Positions 1 to 8,350 of a DNA stretch of 53,267 nt are shown here, in pieces. A program made the translations under genes and the position numbers. The stretch comes from a virus (taxonomy: Duplodnaviria; Caudoviricetes), in IMG/VR virus record IMGVR_UViG_3300043409_000116, positions 1-53,267 of that record; one strand, 5' to 3'. Below the pieces are notes generated by a model. That model did not search any database, was not told where the DNA came from, and was given only the letters and a program-made list of their open reading frames with translations. How positions within the stretch are numbered: position 1 is the stretch's first letter; each line of letters opens with the position of its first letter.

Positions 1-77
1 GCGAGTTGGTGCATCGTTCTGTCAACATGGTTTTGAAACGCTCCGTTTTTGCTCAAGGCGAAACGCAACAAATTTAA
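1..77 (+). CDS. 3' fragment of 62-aa hypothetical protein (same as 38353..38541)
   Basis: Identical to 38465..38541. Confidence 0.8.
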   Translation, partial: ELVHRSVNMVLKRSVFAQGETQQI

Positions 78-86
78 GGAACTGCT

Positions 87-542
87 ATGGCAAACACTCA
101 GGCGATGTGTACCAGCTTCAAGGGTGAGCTGCTGGTGGGACACCACAACTTTGGTACTGGCGTAACCCGCGGGTCAACCGCTGCCGACACCTTCAAGGCT
201 GCGCTGTACCTGGCCTCTGCCACCGTCAACGCAAGCACCACGGCATTCAGCGCAACCAATGAGGTATCAGGCACTGGCTACACATCAGGCGGCGTCACTG
301 TGACCTTTGGCACTGCGCCAAGCACCAGCGGTACAACTGCCTTTGTCACGCCAAGCGCCAGCATTACCTACACGACTGTCACGTTGTCCACAGCGTTTGA
401 TGCGGTCCTGATTTACAACAGCACCCAGAGCAACAAGGCAGTCAGCGTCCACACCTTTGGCAGTCAGACAGTCACTGCCGGGACATTCACGCTGACTATG
501 CCAACTAATGATGCAAGCACTGGCCTGATCAGGCTGGCGTAA
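87..542 (+). CDS. Putative virion structural protein (Thr/Ser-rich, beta-rich)
   Basis: 151 aa, AAGGA RBS, position after adaptor, conserved in copy 2. Confidence 0.7.
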   Translation: MANTQAMCTSFKGELLVGHHNFGTGVTRGSTAADTFKAALYLASATVNASTTAFSATNEVSGTGYTSGGVTVTFGTAPSTSGTTAFVTPSASITYTTVTLSTAFDAVLIYNSTQSNKAVSVHTFGSQTVTAGTFTLTMPTNDASTGLIRLA

Positions 543-555
543 GCAAGGGGGCAGC

Positions 556-1245
556 ATGGCTGCTTATGGGTCAGGCTATTACGGGCTTGGTGTTTATGGC
601 ATAGGCAATGTTGTCATCAGCGGCAACACGGCTACTGGTGATGTTGGTACGCTGCTGGCAGACAGGTCCATCCAGGAGGATGGGACGATTGCCACAGGCA
701 ATGTTGGCACAGTAACGCTCACGTTGTCGGTTGGCATCACAGGCAACCAGGCTACAGGTGCGGTTGACTCGGTAACGCCATCAGCAGCCCTGGCTGTGAC
801 AGGCAATGCGGCAACCCTGGCGGTTGGCAGTGTCAATCACAGCAAGGCGGTTGACGTTAACGGCAACCAGGCTGCTGGTGCGGTTGGTTCTGTTGGTGTT
901 GGTGTGAGCATTTCTGGCAACACGGCAACGGGTGCTGTGCAGACGATTGCCTTTGAAACTTCTAAGGCCATCACGGGTAATGCGGCAACGGGCAATGTTG
1001 GCAGTTTTGGTCACAGCAAGACGATTGAGATAAGCGGGAATGCAGCCACTGGTTCGGTGGGCATTGTCTTTGGATTTGGCTGGGGCGCTATTCCCAACAC
1101 GGCAGAGAGTTACACGGCAATTAGCGACACTGCAGAGACTTGGACCTCGATTGGCAACACGGCAGAAACGTACACGGCGATAAGCGATACAGCAGAGACT
1201 TGGACTGCAATCGCAGATAATTCTGAAACTTGGACACCTGTTTGA
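556..1245 (+). CDS. Putative virion/tail-associated protein with GN.A.G.VG repeats and C-terminal 10-aa ETW/YT repeats
   Basis: 229 aa, repeat structure, conserved in copy 2 with small in-frame indels. Confidence 0.7.
   Translation: MAAYGSGYYGLGVYGIGNVVISGNTATGDVGTLLADRSIQEDGTIATGNVGTVTLTLSVGITGNQATGAVDSVTPSAALAVTGNAATLAVGSVNHSKAVDVNGNQAAGAVGSVGVGVSISGNTATGAVQTIAFETSKAITGNAATGNVGSFGHSKTIEISGNAATGSVGIVFGFGWGAIPNTAESYTAISDTAETWTSIGNTAETYTAISDTAETWTAIADNSETWTPV
1096..1245 (+). repeat. 5 x 30-nt coding tandem repeat (N/D)TAE(S/T)(Y/W)T.I.
   Basis: Visible 30-nt periodicity; also at 39572..39721. Confidence 0.85.
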
Positions 1246-1257
1246 TAGGAGCGAAAA

Positions 1258-3357
1258 ATGGCAGATACCACAACAACCAACCTACTGCTGACTAAGCCAG
1301 AGGTTGGAGCCAGCACCGACACCTGGGGTACAAAGGTCAACACTGACCTGGACCTGGTAGACGCACTGTTTGCAGCGGCTGGCACAGGCACCAGCGTGGG
1401 ACTCAATGTCGGCTCTGGCAAGACGTTAACTCTTGCGGGTACAGTCAAGTTTGCTGGTTCTACGTCAGGCACTACGACAGTTGCTGCAACTGCTGTGGCT
1501 GGGACTACGGTGCTTACACTGCCTGCTGCAACTGACACTTTGGTGGGAAAGGCAACGACTGACACGTTGACCAATAAGACGCTGACGGGTGCGGCAATGA
1601 ACGGCACTGTCGGCGCTACGACCCCGGCTGCTGGTTCATTCACCACCCTCGGCGCATCGTCCACGGCTACGCTCAACACGCTTGTCTCAAGCGGTGCAAC
1701 GCTGACAGGCGGGTCAATCAACGGCATGACTGTCGGCGCTACGACTGCGACTACGGGTGCGTTTACTACGGTGACTGCAACTGGGCGGTCAGGCGTAACT
1801 ATGTCGGGACAGACTTCTGCCGTAAGTTTTGGTCAGGTAAGCAGTGACCTAACATATGGATTGATATCATTTAATGGAGCATTTGCGGCAACTACATTAA
1901 CGGGTATCTGGGGAGGTGCAGGTAGTCCAGATATGATAATTGGCGTCCCTACTGGCGGCAGCATATACAGCAGAGTAGCTAATAGCACTGTCACTGTTCT
2001 TTCCTCCACCGGCCTAGCAGTAACCGGGACGCTGAGTGCTACGGGAAATATCTCAGCTACAGCAGGAGGATTTTTTAGCACTAAGGCATCTGGAAATTCT
2101 CCAATACTCGATTTAACGCAAACAGGTGTTTACACTTGGGATTTGATTAATACAGCAACGACTGGATTATTTTCAATTAGGGGAAATACCACTCCATTCT
2201 TATCTATAGCTAGTGCAACAGGTGCAGTAACCATACCCCAAACCCTCGGCGTAACAGGTGTCTCCACGCTCACCGCCGGTGCAATTGTGCAAGGCTTGAC
2301 CGTGGGCCTTGGTGCTGGTGCTGTGTCTACCAACACTGCGGTGGGTGTGAGTGCTTTGGCGGGTGCAAATACAGGTGTTGGTAGAAATACAAGCGTAGGG
2401 TATCAGGCGGGGTATAACAACACTACGGGCAATAAAAATACATTTTTAGGGATGTATACAGGTTTTGAAGTAAGCACTGGCGCAGAAAATACATTTGTTG
2501 GATATGCCACTGGGCCAAATGGAATTGCATCTACAGGTTCATATAACACTGGTTTGGGTTCGCAAGCCCTCTACTCCAACACCTCAGCATCATACAACAC
2601 CGCATTAGGTTATCAAGCTGGGTACACGAATGTCACGGGGGCATTTAATGTTTTTATTGGGGGGTTAGCAGGACAGGGCAGCACAGGTAGCGGGAATACA
2701 TTTATTGGCGGTGGAAATAATAGCGCAGGATACCCCGCTGGCTTTTTTATGACGGGCAACAATAGTGTTGTTATTGGTGGATATGGCGGCAACCAAGATA
2801 GCCTAGACATTCGCACATCAAACAACTACGTTGTGTTAGCTACTGGTAATGGTGATAGACAGATTACGATGGCTGAAGGGCAGACCCTTGCGCTTGACTC
2901 AGCAGTACCAAACTCCGGCACAGGCATCACCTTCCCCGCAACTCAATTCGCATCGTCCAACGCCAACACGCTGGATGACTATGAGGAGGGGATTTGGACG
3001 CCTAGTGTTGGCGGTACGGCTACATACAATAATCAAGCAGGTCACTATACAAAAATAGGTAATTTGGTTAAGTTAAGGTTTGTTATTCATATAAATGTAT
3101 TAGGTACTGGGAGTACAACAACCATTACTGGAGCGCCGTTTACACCAGCCAGTACTGACCCAACTATTGTGGGCGGCGTAGTTTGCTATGCCTCAGGTCT
3201 TGCTGTTGCCGCTTTATCTTTAGGTGTTTATATTGGCCCCAGTACTCCTATCAATTTTTTTACTAGAGATACAAGTAGCACGGGGGCAACAACTCAAAAT
3301 CCCGCAGTTATTGGTAATGGATTTCAGGCTTATTGCGAAATAAGTTATCTAGTTTAA
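1258..3357 (+). CDS. Tail fibre / receptor-binding protein, allele A (699 aa)
   Basis: N-terminal [24 protein letters not shown] anchor, G/T/S-rich shaft, NT.VGY.A beta-solenoid-like repeats, LDDYEEG.W motif before C-terminal domain. Confidence 0.85.
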   Translation: MADTTTTNLLLTKPEVGASTDTWGTKVNTDLDLVDALFAAAGTGTSVGLNVGSGKTLTLAGTVKFAGSTSGTTTVAATAVAGTTVLTLPAATDTLVGKATTDTLTNKTLTGAAMNGTVGATTPAAGSFTTLGASSTATLNTLVSSGATLTGGSINGMTVGATTATTGAFTTVTATGRSGVTMSGQTSAVSFGQVSSDLTYGLISFNGAFAATTLTGIWGGAGSPDMIIGVPTGGSIYSRVANSTVTVLSSTGLAVTGTLSATGNISATAGGFFSTKASGNSPILDLTQTGVYTWDLINTATTGLFSIRGNTTPFLSIASATGAVTIPQTLGVTGVSTLTAGAIVQGLTVGLGAGAVSTNTAVGVSALAGANTGVGRNTSVGYQAGYNNTTGNKNTFLGMYTGFEVSTGAENTFVGYATGPNGIASTGSYNTGLGSQALYSNTSASYNTALGYQAGYTNVTGAFNVFIGGLAGQGSTGSGNTFIGGGNNSAGYPAGFFMTGNNSVVIGGYGGNQDSLDIRTSNNYVVLATGNGDRQITMAEGQTLALDSAVPNSGTGITFPATQFASSNANTLDDYEEGIWTPSVGGTATYNNQAGHYTKIGNLVKLRFVIHINVLGTGSTTTITGAPFTPASTDPTIVGGVVCYASGLAVAALSLGVYIGPSTPINFFTRDTSSTGATTQNPAVIGNGFQAYCEISYLV

Positions 3358-3407
3358 TTAACTCGGCCATATTAGCCAAGTCGGACACTTAACTTAAAAG
3401 GAAAATC

Positions 3408-3716
3408 ATGTCACTCACCAAAACCACAGCCGTTGACCAAATCACCGTCACTGAGAACGGCATCGTTCTCTATCGTGAGGCTACAAAGATTCTTGAAAAT
3501 GATGTTGAGATTAGCAAGCAATACCATCGTTCAAGCCTCATACCGGGTCAAGACCTGACAGGCGTCCCTGCTAATGTTGTTGGTTATTGCAACATGGCAT
3601 GGACAGCGGATGTGGTTGCGGCGTATCAGGCGGTACAGGCGGCTGCGGCTGCTGAACGTGAAGCACAACGCTTGGCGGCTGAAGCGGCACAACAATCAGC
3701 GGAGCAACCAGCATGA
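3408..3716 (+). CDS. Putative tail fibre assembly chaperone
   Basis: 102 aa directly after fibre; homolog follows the fibre in copy 2. Confidence 0.6.
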   Translation: MSLTKTTAVDQITVTENGIVLYREATKILENDVEISKQYHRSSLIPGQDLTGVPANVVGYCNMAWTADVVAAYQAVQAAAAAEREAQRLAAEAAQQSAEQPA

Positions 3717-3868
3717 CCCTAGAACTCGACATCAACGAAATCAACTTTGTCCTCCAGACGCTTGGGCAGTTACCCTCCTCCAGCGGCGTGTGGCCTTTGA
3801 TTGTCAAAATCAAAGAGCAGGCCGAAGCGCAAGTGCAAAAAGCCAATCTGCTTGAGGAACTGAGATGA
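3713..3868 (+). CDS. Hypothetical protein (51 aa, MTLELDINEINFVLQTLGQLP...), absent from copy 2
   Basis: Translated by hand; ATGA overlaps at both ends. Confidence 0.7.
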   Translation: MTLELDINEINFVLQTLGQLPSSSGVWPLIVKIKEQAEAQVQKANLLEELR

Positions 3869-4032
3869 GCCTTGAAGCACAATTCAGCAGCCATGAGGCC
3901 GTCTGCGCCGAGAGATATGAGCAAATCAACGCACGGCTAAAGCGGCTTGAGGGCATCCTCATCAAGACTGCCGGGGTGCTTATCTTTAGTATGTCTGCCA
4001 TCGTCTATGCCAGCCTCACTTTCCATCGTTGA
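3865..4032 (+). CDS. Small membrane protein (55 aa, HEAVCAERY coiled coil + C-terminal TM)
   Basis: Translated by hand; conserved at 41079..41246. Confidence 0.75.
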   Translation: MSLEAQFSSHEAVCAERYEQINARLKRLEGILIKTAGVLIFSMSAIVYASLTFHR

Positions 4033-4034
4033 TC

Positions 4035-4181
4035 GTGGACTTCTTCGACGTTTTGTCAAAGGCATGGCCTATATTGCTGGCGATCATCACCTTGATAATC
4101 GTCCTGGCAAAACTCGACTTGCGGGTTGCAGTCCTGGAGGAGAAGGTCAAGCAGCTATTTGAAATGTGGAACAAGAAATGA
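4035..4181 (+). CDS. Small membrane protein (48 aa, N-terminal TM + coiled coil)
   Basis: GTG start here, ATG in copy 2 (41249..41395); ATGA overlap with next gene. Confidence 0.75.
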   Translation: MDFFDVLSKAWPILLAIITLIIVLAKLDLRVAVLEEKVKQLFEMWNKK

Positions 4182-4657
4182 TTGACCCGCTAACCGCCTT
4201 TGCAGTGGCGCAGGGTGCAATCAAAGGAGTGCAAGCCGCCATCAAGATGGGCAAGGACATCAACGCTATCTCAGGCGATCTGATGAAGTTCTTCGAGGCC
4301 AAGGATGTAGTTGCAAAGGAAGCGGTAAAAAAGAAACCCAAGGGGTTTGGACAGAGCGATACGGCAGTGGCATTTGAAACGGTGATGCAGCTCAAGCAGT
4401 TGCAGGACGCAGAGGCAGAATTGAAACAGATGCTGATATGGTCAGGTAACGACGATGTGTGGAACGCCATCATGCTGGAGCGCAACCGCATGGTGACAGA
4501 GAGAAAGAAGGCAGAGGCTGAAGCAGCTCACGCCAAGGCGGTGAGAGCAGAAGAGATCAGCGACATTGTTAACTTTGGTTTATGGTCCGCGCTGGTGTCA
4601 TCCATAGTGGGCCTGGTGGCCTGGTTGACTTGGCAGATTGTTGGAGATGGAAGATGA
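4178..4657 (+). CDS. Hypothetical coiled-coil protein with C-terminal TM (MIDPLTAF...)
   Basis: Start moved to ATG 4178 (overlap with upstream stop); 1 aa difference from copy 2. Confidence 0.75.
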   Translation: MIDPLTAFAVAQGAIKGVQAAIKMGKDINAISGDLMKFFEAKDVVAKEAVKKKPKGFGQSDTAVAFETVMQLKQLQDAEAELKQMLIWSGNDDVWNAIMLERNRMVTERKKAEAEAAHAKAVRAEEISDIVNFGLWSALVSSIVGLVAWLTWQIVGDGR

Positions 4658-4956
4658 ATGACGACAAAGGCGCATTGATTGAGAAGGCTACGTTTGCGAT
4701 ACTGCCGCTGCTGTTTAGCTGCGTTGTGTATCTGATGAGCGCCCTGTCCAACTTGAGCCATGAAGTGACTATCCTCAACAGCAAAATCAGTCTGGTGGTG
4801 ACCAGCGACAACAAGCAAGCCAGCAACAGTGGGGCTGAGTTGGCAAGGGAAAAGCTGCGACAGGACTTGGAAAAAGAGATTCAGAAAAACCGCGATGACA
4901 TCATGCACAACCGACAAGAGATTGCTGTGATCAACACCAAGCTGGAGAAGAAATAA
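4654..4956 (+). CDS. Membrane-anchored coiled-coil protein (spanin-like position)
   Basis: N-terminal TM then heptads; protein identical in copy 2. Confidence 0.65.
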   Translation: MNDDKGALIEKATFAILPLLFSCVVYLMSALSNLSHEVTILNSKISLVVTSDNKQASNSGAELAREKLRQDLEKEIQKNRDDIMHNRQEIAVINTKLEKK

Positions 4957-5441
4957 TGGATTGGCTCAAACAAATCGCACCAACGATTGCCACCGCATTA
5001 GGCGGTCCCCTGGCTGGTATGGCGGTAAGCGCCATCTCCAAGGCCATTGGTGTTGACCCCGAAAAGGTTGGTGACCTGATCTCCAGCAACAAGTTAAGCG
5101 CAGACCAGATTGCCCAGGTCAAACTCGCTGAGATTGAACTGCAAAAGCAAGCGCAGGAGCTGGGCCTCAACTTTGAGAAGCTGGAGGTGGAGGACAGGAA
5201 ATCCGCAAGGGATATGCAGTCAGCCACCCGGTCCATGATGCCGCCAATCCTGGCTGCTGCTGTGACCCTGGGATTCTTCAGCATCATGGTGATGATGTTC
5301 TTCCAGAAGATTGACTCCAACAACCCCGCTATCCTGATGATGCTGGGCAGTCTTGGCACAGCTTGGACCGGGATAATTGCCTATTATTTTGGCTCCAGTG
5401 CCGGGAGCCAGGCCAAGACAGATTTACTCTCAAGGAAATAA
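4956..5441 (+). CDS. Putative holin (GTA-type 3TM-like)
   Basis: DRKSARDMQ motif, two TM helices, YYFGSS C-terminus, near endolysin. Confidence 0.65.
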   Translation: MDWLKQIAPTIATALGGPLAGMAVSAISKAIGVDPEKVGDLISSNKLSADQIAQVKLAEIELQKQAQELGLNFEKLEVEDRKSARDMQSATRSMMPPILAAAVTLGFFSIMVMMFFQKIDSNNPAILMMLGSLGTAWTGIIAYYFGSSAGSQAKTDLLSRK

Positions 5442-5443
5442 CT

Positions 5444-5590
5444 ATGAAACCAGGACTCTACGCAAACATCAACGCCAAGCAGGAGCGCATCAAAGCTGGC
5501 TCTAAGGAGAAGATGAACAAGGTCGGCAGCAAGGCAGCGCCAAGCGCCAAAGACTTTAAGCAAGCCGCCAAGACTGCAAAGAAGAAATGA
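5444..5590 (+). CDS. Small basic protein (MKPGLYANINAK..., 48 aa)
   Basis: AAGGA RBS, Lys-rich, conserved in copy 2. Confidence 0.75.
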   Translation: MKPGLYANINAKQERIKAGSKEKMNKVGSKAAPSAKDFKQAAKTAKKK

Positions 5591-5874
5591 AGACTCCAGC
5601 CTGGCAGCGCAAGGAAGGTCAAAACCCCAAGGGTGGGTTAAATGCTGCTGGACGCGCAAGCCTCAAGGCGGCTGGGCAAAACATCAAGCCACCCGTCAAG
5701 TCTGGTGACAACCCTCGACGCGCCAGTTTCCTGGCACGAATGGGCAATATGCCTGGCCCCGAGCGCAAGGACGGTGAACCCACCCGGCTGCTGCTGAGTC
5801 TCAATGCCTGGGGTGCCAGCAGCAAGGCAGACGCCAAGGCGAAGGCCAAGGCAATCTCAGCGAGGAACAAATGA
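5587..5874 (+). CDS. Small basic protein (DUF6321-like)
   Basis: AWQRKEGQNPKGGLNAAGRAS...RRASFLARM motif. Confidence 0.7.
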   Translation: MKTPAWQRKEGQNPKGGLNAAGRASLKAAGQNIKPPVKSGDNPRRASFLARMGNMPGPERKDGEPTRLLLSLNAWGASSKADAKAKAKAISARNK

Positions 5875-6299
5875 CACCGCACTTTTCCCTCGATGAGTTG
5901 ACGCACACTGACCACCGGAAGCTGGACAACACACCCAATGCACAAGAGTTGGCAAACCTGCAGCGCCTGGCTGAGTTTCTGGAGACAGTCAAGACAGCAC
6001 TTGGCGGCAAGCCTGTGATGATCAACTCAGCCTTTCGCTCCAAGGCCGTGAATGACGCTGTAGGCTCCAAGGACAGCAGTCAGCATAGGCAAGGCTTGGC
6101 TGCTGACTTCAAGGTGCCTGGGATGATTCCTGATGCTGTGGTAAGGACGATCATTGCGGCTAACCTGCCGTTTGATCAGATCATCAGAGAATTCTCAGAC
6201 CCAGTGGCTGGTGGTGGCTGGACGCACATCAGCATTGCTGACAAGCCAAGAGGCCAAAGGCTTATCATTGACAAACTAGGCACCCGCCTTTTTGTCTGA
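5871..6299 (+). CDS. Endolysin, peptidase M15A family
   Basis: HFSLDEL, S.FRS, SQH..G.AAD and W.HIS Zn-ligand motifs. Confidence 0.85.
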   Translation: MTPHFSLDELTHTDHRKLDNTPNAQELANLQRLAEFLETVKTALGGKPVMINSAFRSKAVNDAVGSKDSSQHRQGLAADFKVPGMIPDAVVRTIIAANLPFDQIIREFSDPVAGGGWTHISIADKPRGQRLIIDKLGTRLFV

Positions 6300-6308
6300 A
6301 AGAACACC

Positions 6309-7787
6309 ATGTTGATGCCCTTAAAGATACCAGCAGGCGTGTACCGCAACGGCACCGAGTACCAGAGCATGGGCAGGTGGTTCAACGCCAACCTGGTGAG
6401 ATGGTTTGAGGGTACGCTCAGACCAGTTGGCGGCTGGCGCAAGAGGTCATCAAGCCAGGTGACAGGCAAGTGCCGGGGAATCATCAACTGGCGGGATGAC
6501 AGTTCAGCGCGATGGATTGTTGCCGGGACAAACACCAAGTTGTTTGTGATGAACCAAACCGGGACACTGAAGGACATCACGCCAACAACCTTCACACCTG
6601 GCAATGCTGATGCCACCCTGCTAACGGGTTACGGCTACAACAACTATGGCAACTATGCTTATGGTGTAGCCAGGCCAGACACTGGAGCCATCATCAACGC
6701 TGCCACCTGGTCAATGGACACCTGGGGACAGTATTGGGTGGGTTGCTGCACCAGCGATGGGCAGTTGCTGGAGTGGCAGCTTGGATTCACAACACCCACG
6801 AAGGCAGTTGCCATTGTCAATGCACCCACAGGCTGCGCGGCGGTGATGACAACCTCTGAGCGTTTTGTGTTTGCTCTTGGTGCCAGCAATAACCCGAGGC
6901 TGGTGGCATGGAGTGACCAGGAGGACAACACCACCTGGACGCCAGCCGCCAACAACCAAGCAGGCAGCTTTGAGTTGACAACTGTCGGCTCAATCGTGGC
7001 GGGGAAGAGGGTGCGTGGCGTCAACCTCATATTCACTGACGTTGATGTCCACACCAGCAGCTACATTGGTCAGCCGTTCGTGTTCTCATTCGAGAAGGCT
7101 GGCTCTGGTTGCGGCTTGATTGGACCCCAGGCTGTAGCGGCAATCGACACTGCCGCCATCTGGATGAGCAGGTCTGGATTCTGGATTTACGATGGCTACG
7201 TCAAGCCACTGCCAAGCGACATTGGTGACTTCGTGTTCAGCAATATGAACTTTGAGCAGGCCAGCAAAGTCTACGCTGTCCACAACAGCAAGTTCGGTGA
7301 AATCTGGTGGTTCTACACCAGTGCAGCATCCACCGAGAATGACTCTTACTGCATCTACAACTACCGCGAGAATCACTGGAGTCTGGGAACATTGTCCAGG
7401 CTGGCTGGTGTTGACAAGGGCGTGTTCAACAGCCCATTGATGGTCAGCTCTGACGGGTTTATTTACGAGCATGAGGTTGGATTTGCGTATGACTCGCAGA
7501 CTATCTTCGCTGAGTCTGGTCCAGTGGAGATTGGCAATGGTGAGCAGATTATGAAGGTTCGGCAGGTGATACCTGACGAGTCTAACCTTGGTGATGTCAG
7601 CATCAGTTTCAGCAGCCGCCTCTATCCCACCGGGACAGAGACTAGCTTTGGACCCTTCACCAGTGCCAACCCGACAGATGCCAGGTTTAGTGGACGCCAG
7701 GTCAAGATGAAGGTGACAGCAGACAGCCTGACTGATTGGCGGGTGGGGGTGATGCGCTTGGATGCAGTGCCAGCCGGGAAGCGGTAA
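6309..7787 (+). CDS. Tail nozzle / DNA stabilisation protein (P22 gp10 / T7 gp12-like)
   Basis: 492 aa beta-propeller-like; WSDQED and G.G..GP motifs; podoviral synteny. Confidence 0.7.
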   Translation: MLMPLKIPAGVYRNGTEYQSMGRWFNANLVRWFEGTLRPVGGWRKRSSSQVTGKCRGIINWRDDSSARWIVAGTNTKLFVMNQTGTLKDITPTTFTPGNADATLLTGYGYNNYGNYAYGVARPDTGAIINAATWSMDTWGQYWVGCCTSDGQLLEWQLGFTTPTKAVAIVNAPTGCAAVMTTSERFVFALGASNNPRLVAWSDQEDNTTWTPAANNQAGSFELTTVGSIVAGKRVRGVNLIFTDVDVHTSSYIGQPFVFSFEKAGSGCGLIGPQAVAAIDTAAIWMSRSGFWIYDGYVKPLPSDIGDFVFSNMNFEQASKVYAVHNSKFGEIWWFYTSAASTENDSYCIYNYRENHWSLGTLSRLAGVDKGVFNSPLMVSSDGFIYEHEVGFAYDSQTIFAESGPVEIGNGEQIMKVRQVIPDESNLGDVSISFSSRLYPTGTETSFGPFTSANPTDARFSGRQVKMKVTADSLTDWRVGVMRLDAVPAGKR

Positions 7788-7993
7788 TGAAGGTTCCGAC
7801 TCCACCGCAAAACTACACGCCAGTGGCAGAGGCCCAGCGTAACTTCCTGCTGGAGTCTGCCGACAGGCAAAACCGAAAGATCAATGCGGACATTGAAATC
7901 AGCAACAGCAAGCTGATCTTGACCTCACCGAATGGGAGCAGGTTCTCTGTGGTGGTCAGCAACGCAGGGGCATTGTCGGCAACGGCGCTATGA
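7787..7993 (+). CDS. Small tail-associated protein (68 aa)
   Basis: ATG overlaps nozzle TAA; LILTSPNGSRF motif; conserved in copy 2. Confidence 0.65.
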   Translation: MKVPTPPQNYTPVAEAQRNFLLESADRQNRKINADIEISNSKLILTSPNGSRFSVVVSNAGALSATAL

Positions 7994-8349
7994 CAGATAT
8001 TGAGAGATTGAGGCCAGAGATCGAAAAAGCCTTAAAATATTCTTTGAACACTCACACATTTGATGATGTCGCTGAGTTGGTCCAGCAAGCCAAGATGCAA
8101 CTCTGGCCTGGAAAGAGTTCGGTGATTGTGACGGAGATTGTTCTCCACCCACAACAGAAATGCCTAAACTACTTTTTAGCAGCAGGCGAGATGAACGAAT
8201 TAGCAATGATGACGCCAATGATCGAGTCCTGGGGCAAGGGACTTGGATGCACTCGCGTCACACTTGCTGGACGCAAGGGCTGGCAGCGAACATTCCTGGC
8301 GAAGACGGGTTACACACCACAGTGGTGGATTATGAGCAAGGAGCTATAA
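7990..8349 (+). CDS. GNAT-like protein (T7 gp13-like position)
   Basis: LAGRKGW.R motif; between nozzle and ejection genes. Confidence 0.55.
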   Translation: MTDIERLRPEIEKALKYSLNTHTFDDVAELVQQAKMQLWPGKSSVIVTEIVLHPQQKCLNYFLAAGEMNELAMMTPMIESWGKGLGCTRVTLAGRKGWQRTFLAKTGYTPQWWIMSKEL

Positions 8350-8350
8350 C

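Noticed and set aside
1096-1245. CRISPR-like array
   Set aside because: Degenerate in-frame 30-nt coding repeats with no spacers
1258-3357. DGR or invertase-driven fibre switching
   Set aside because: No reverse transcriptase, template repeat, recombinase or inverted crossover sites seen
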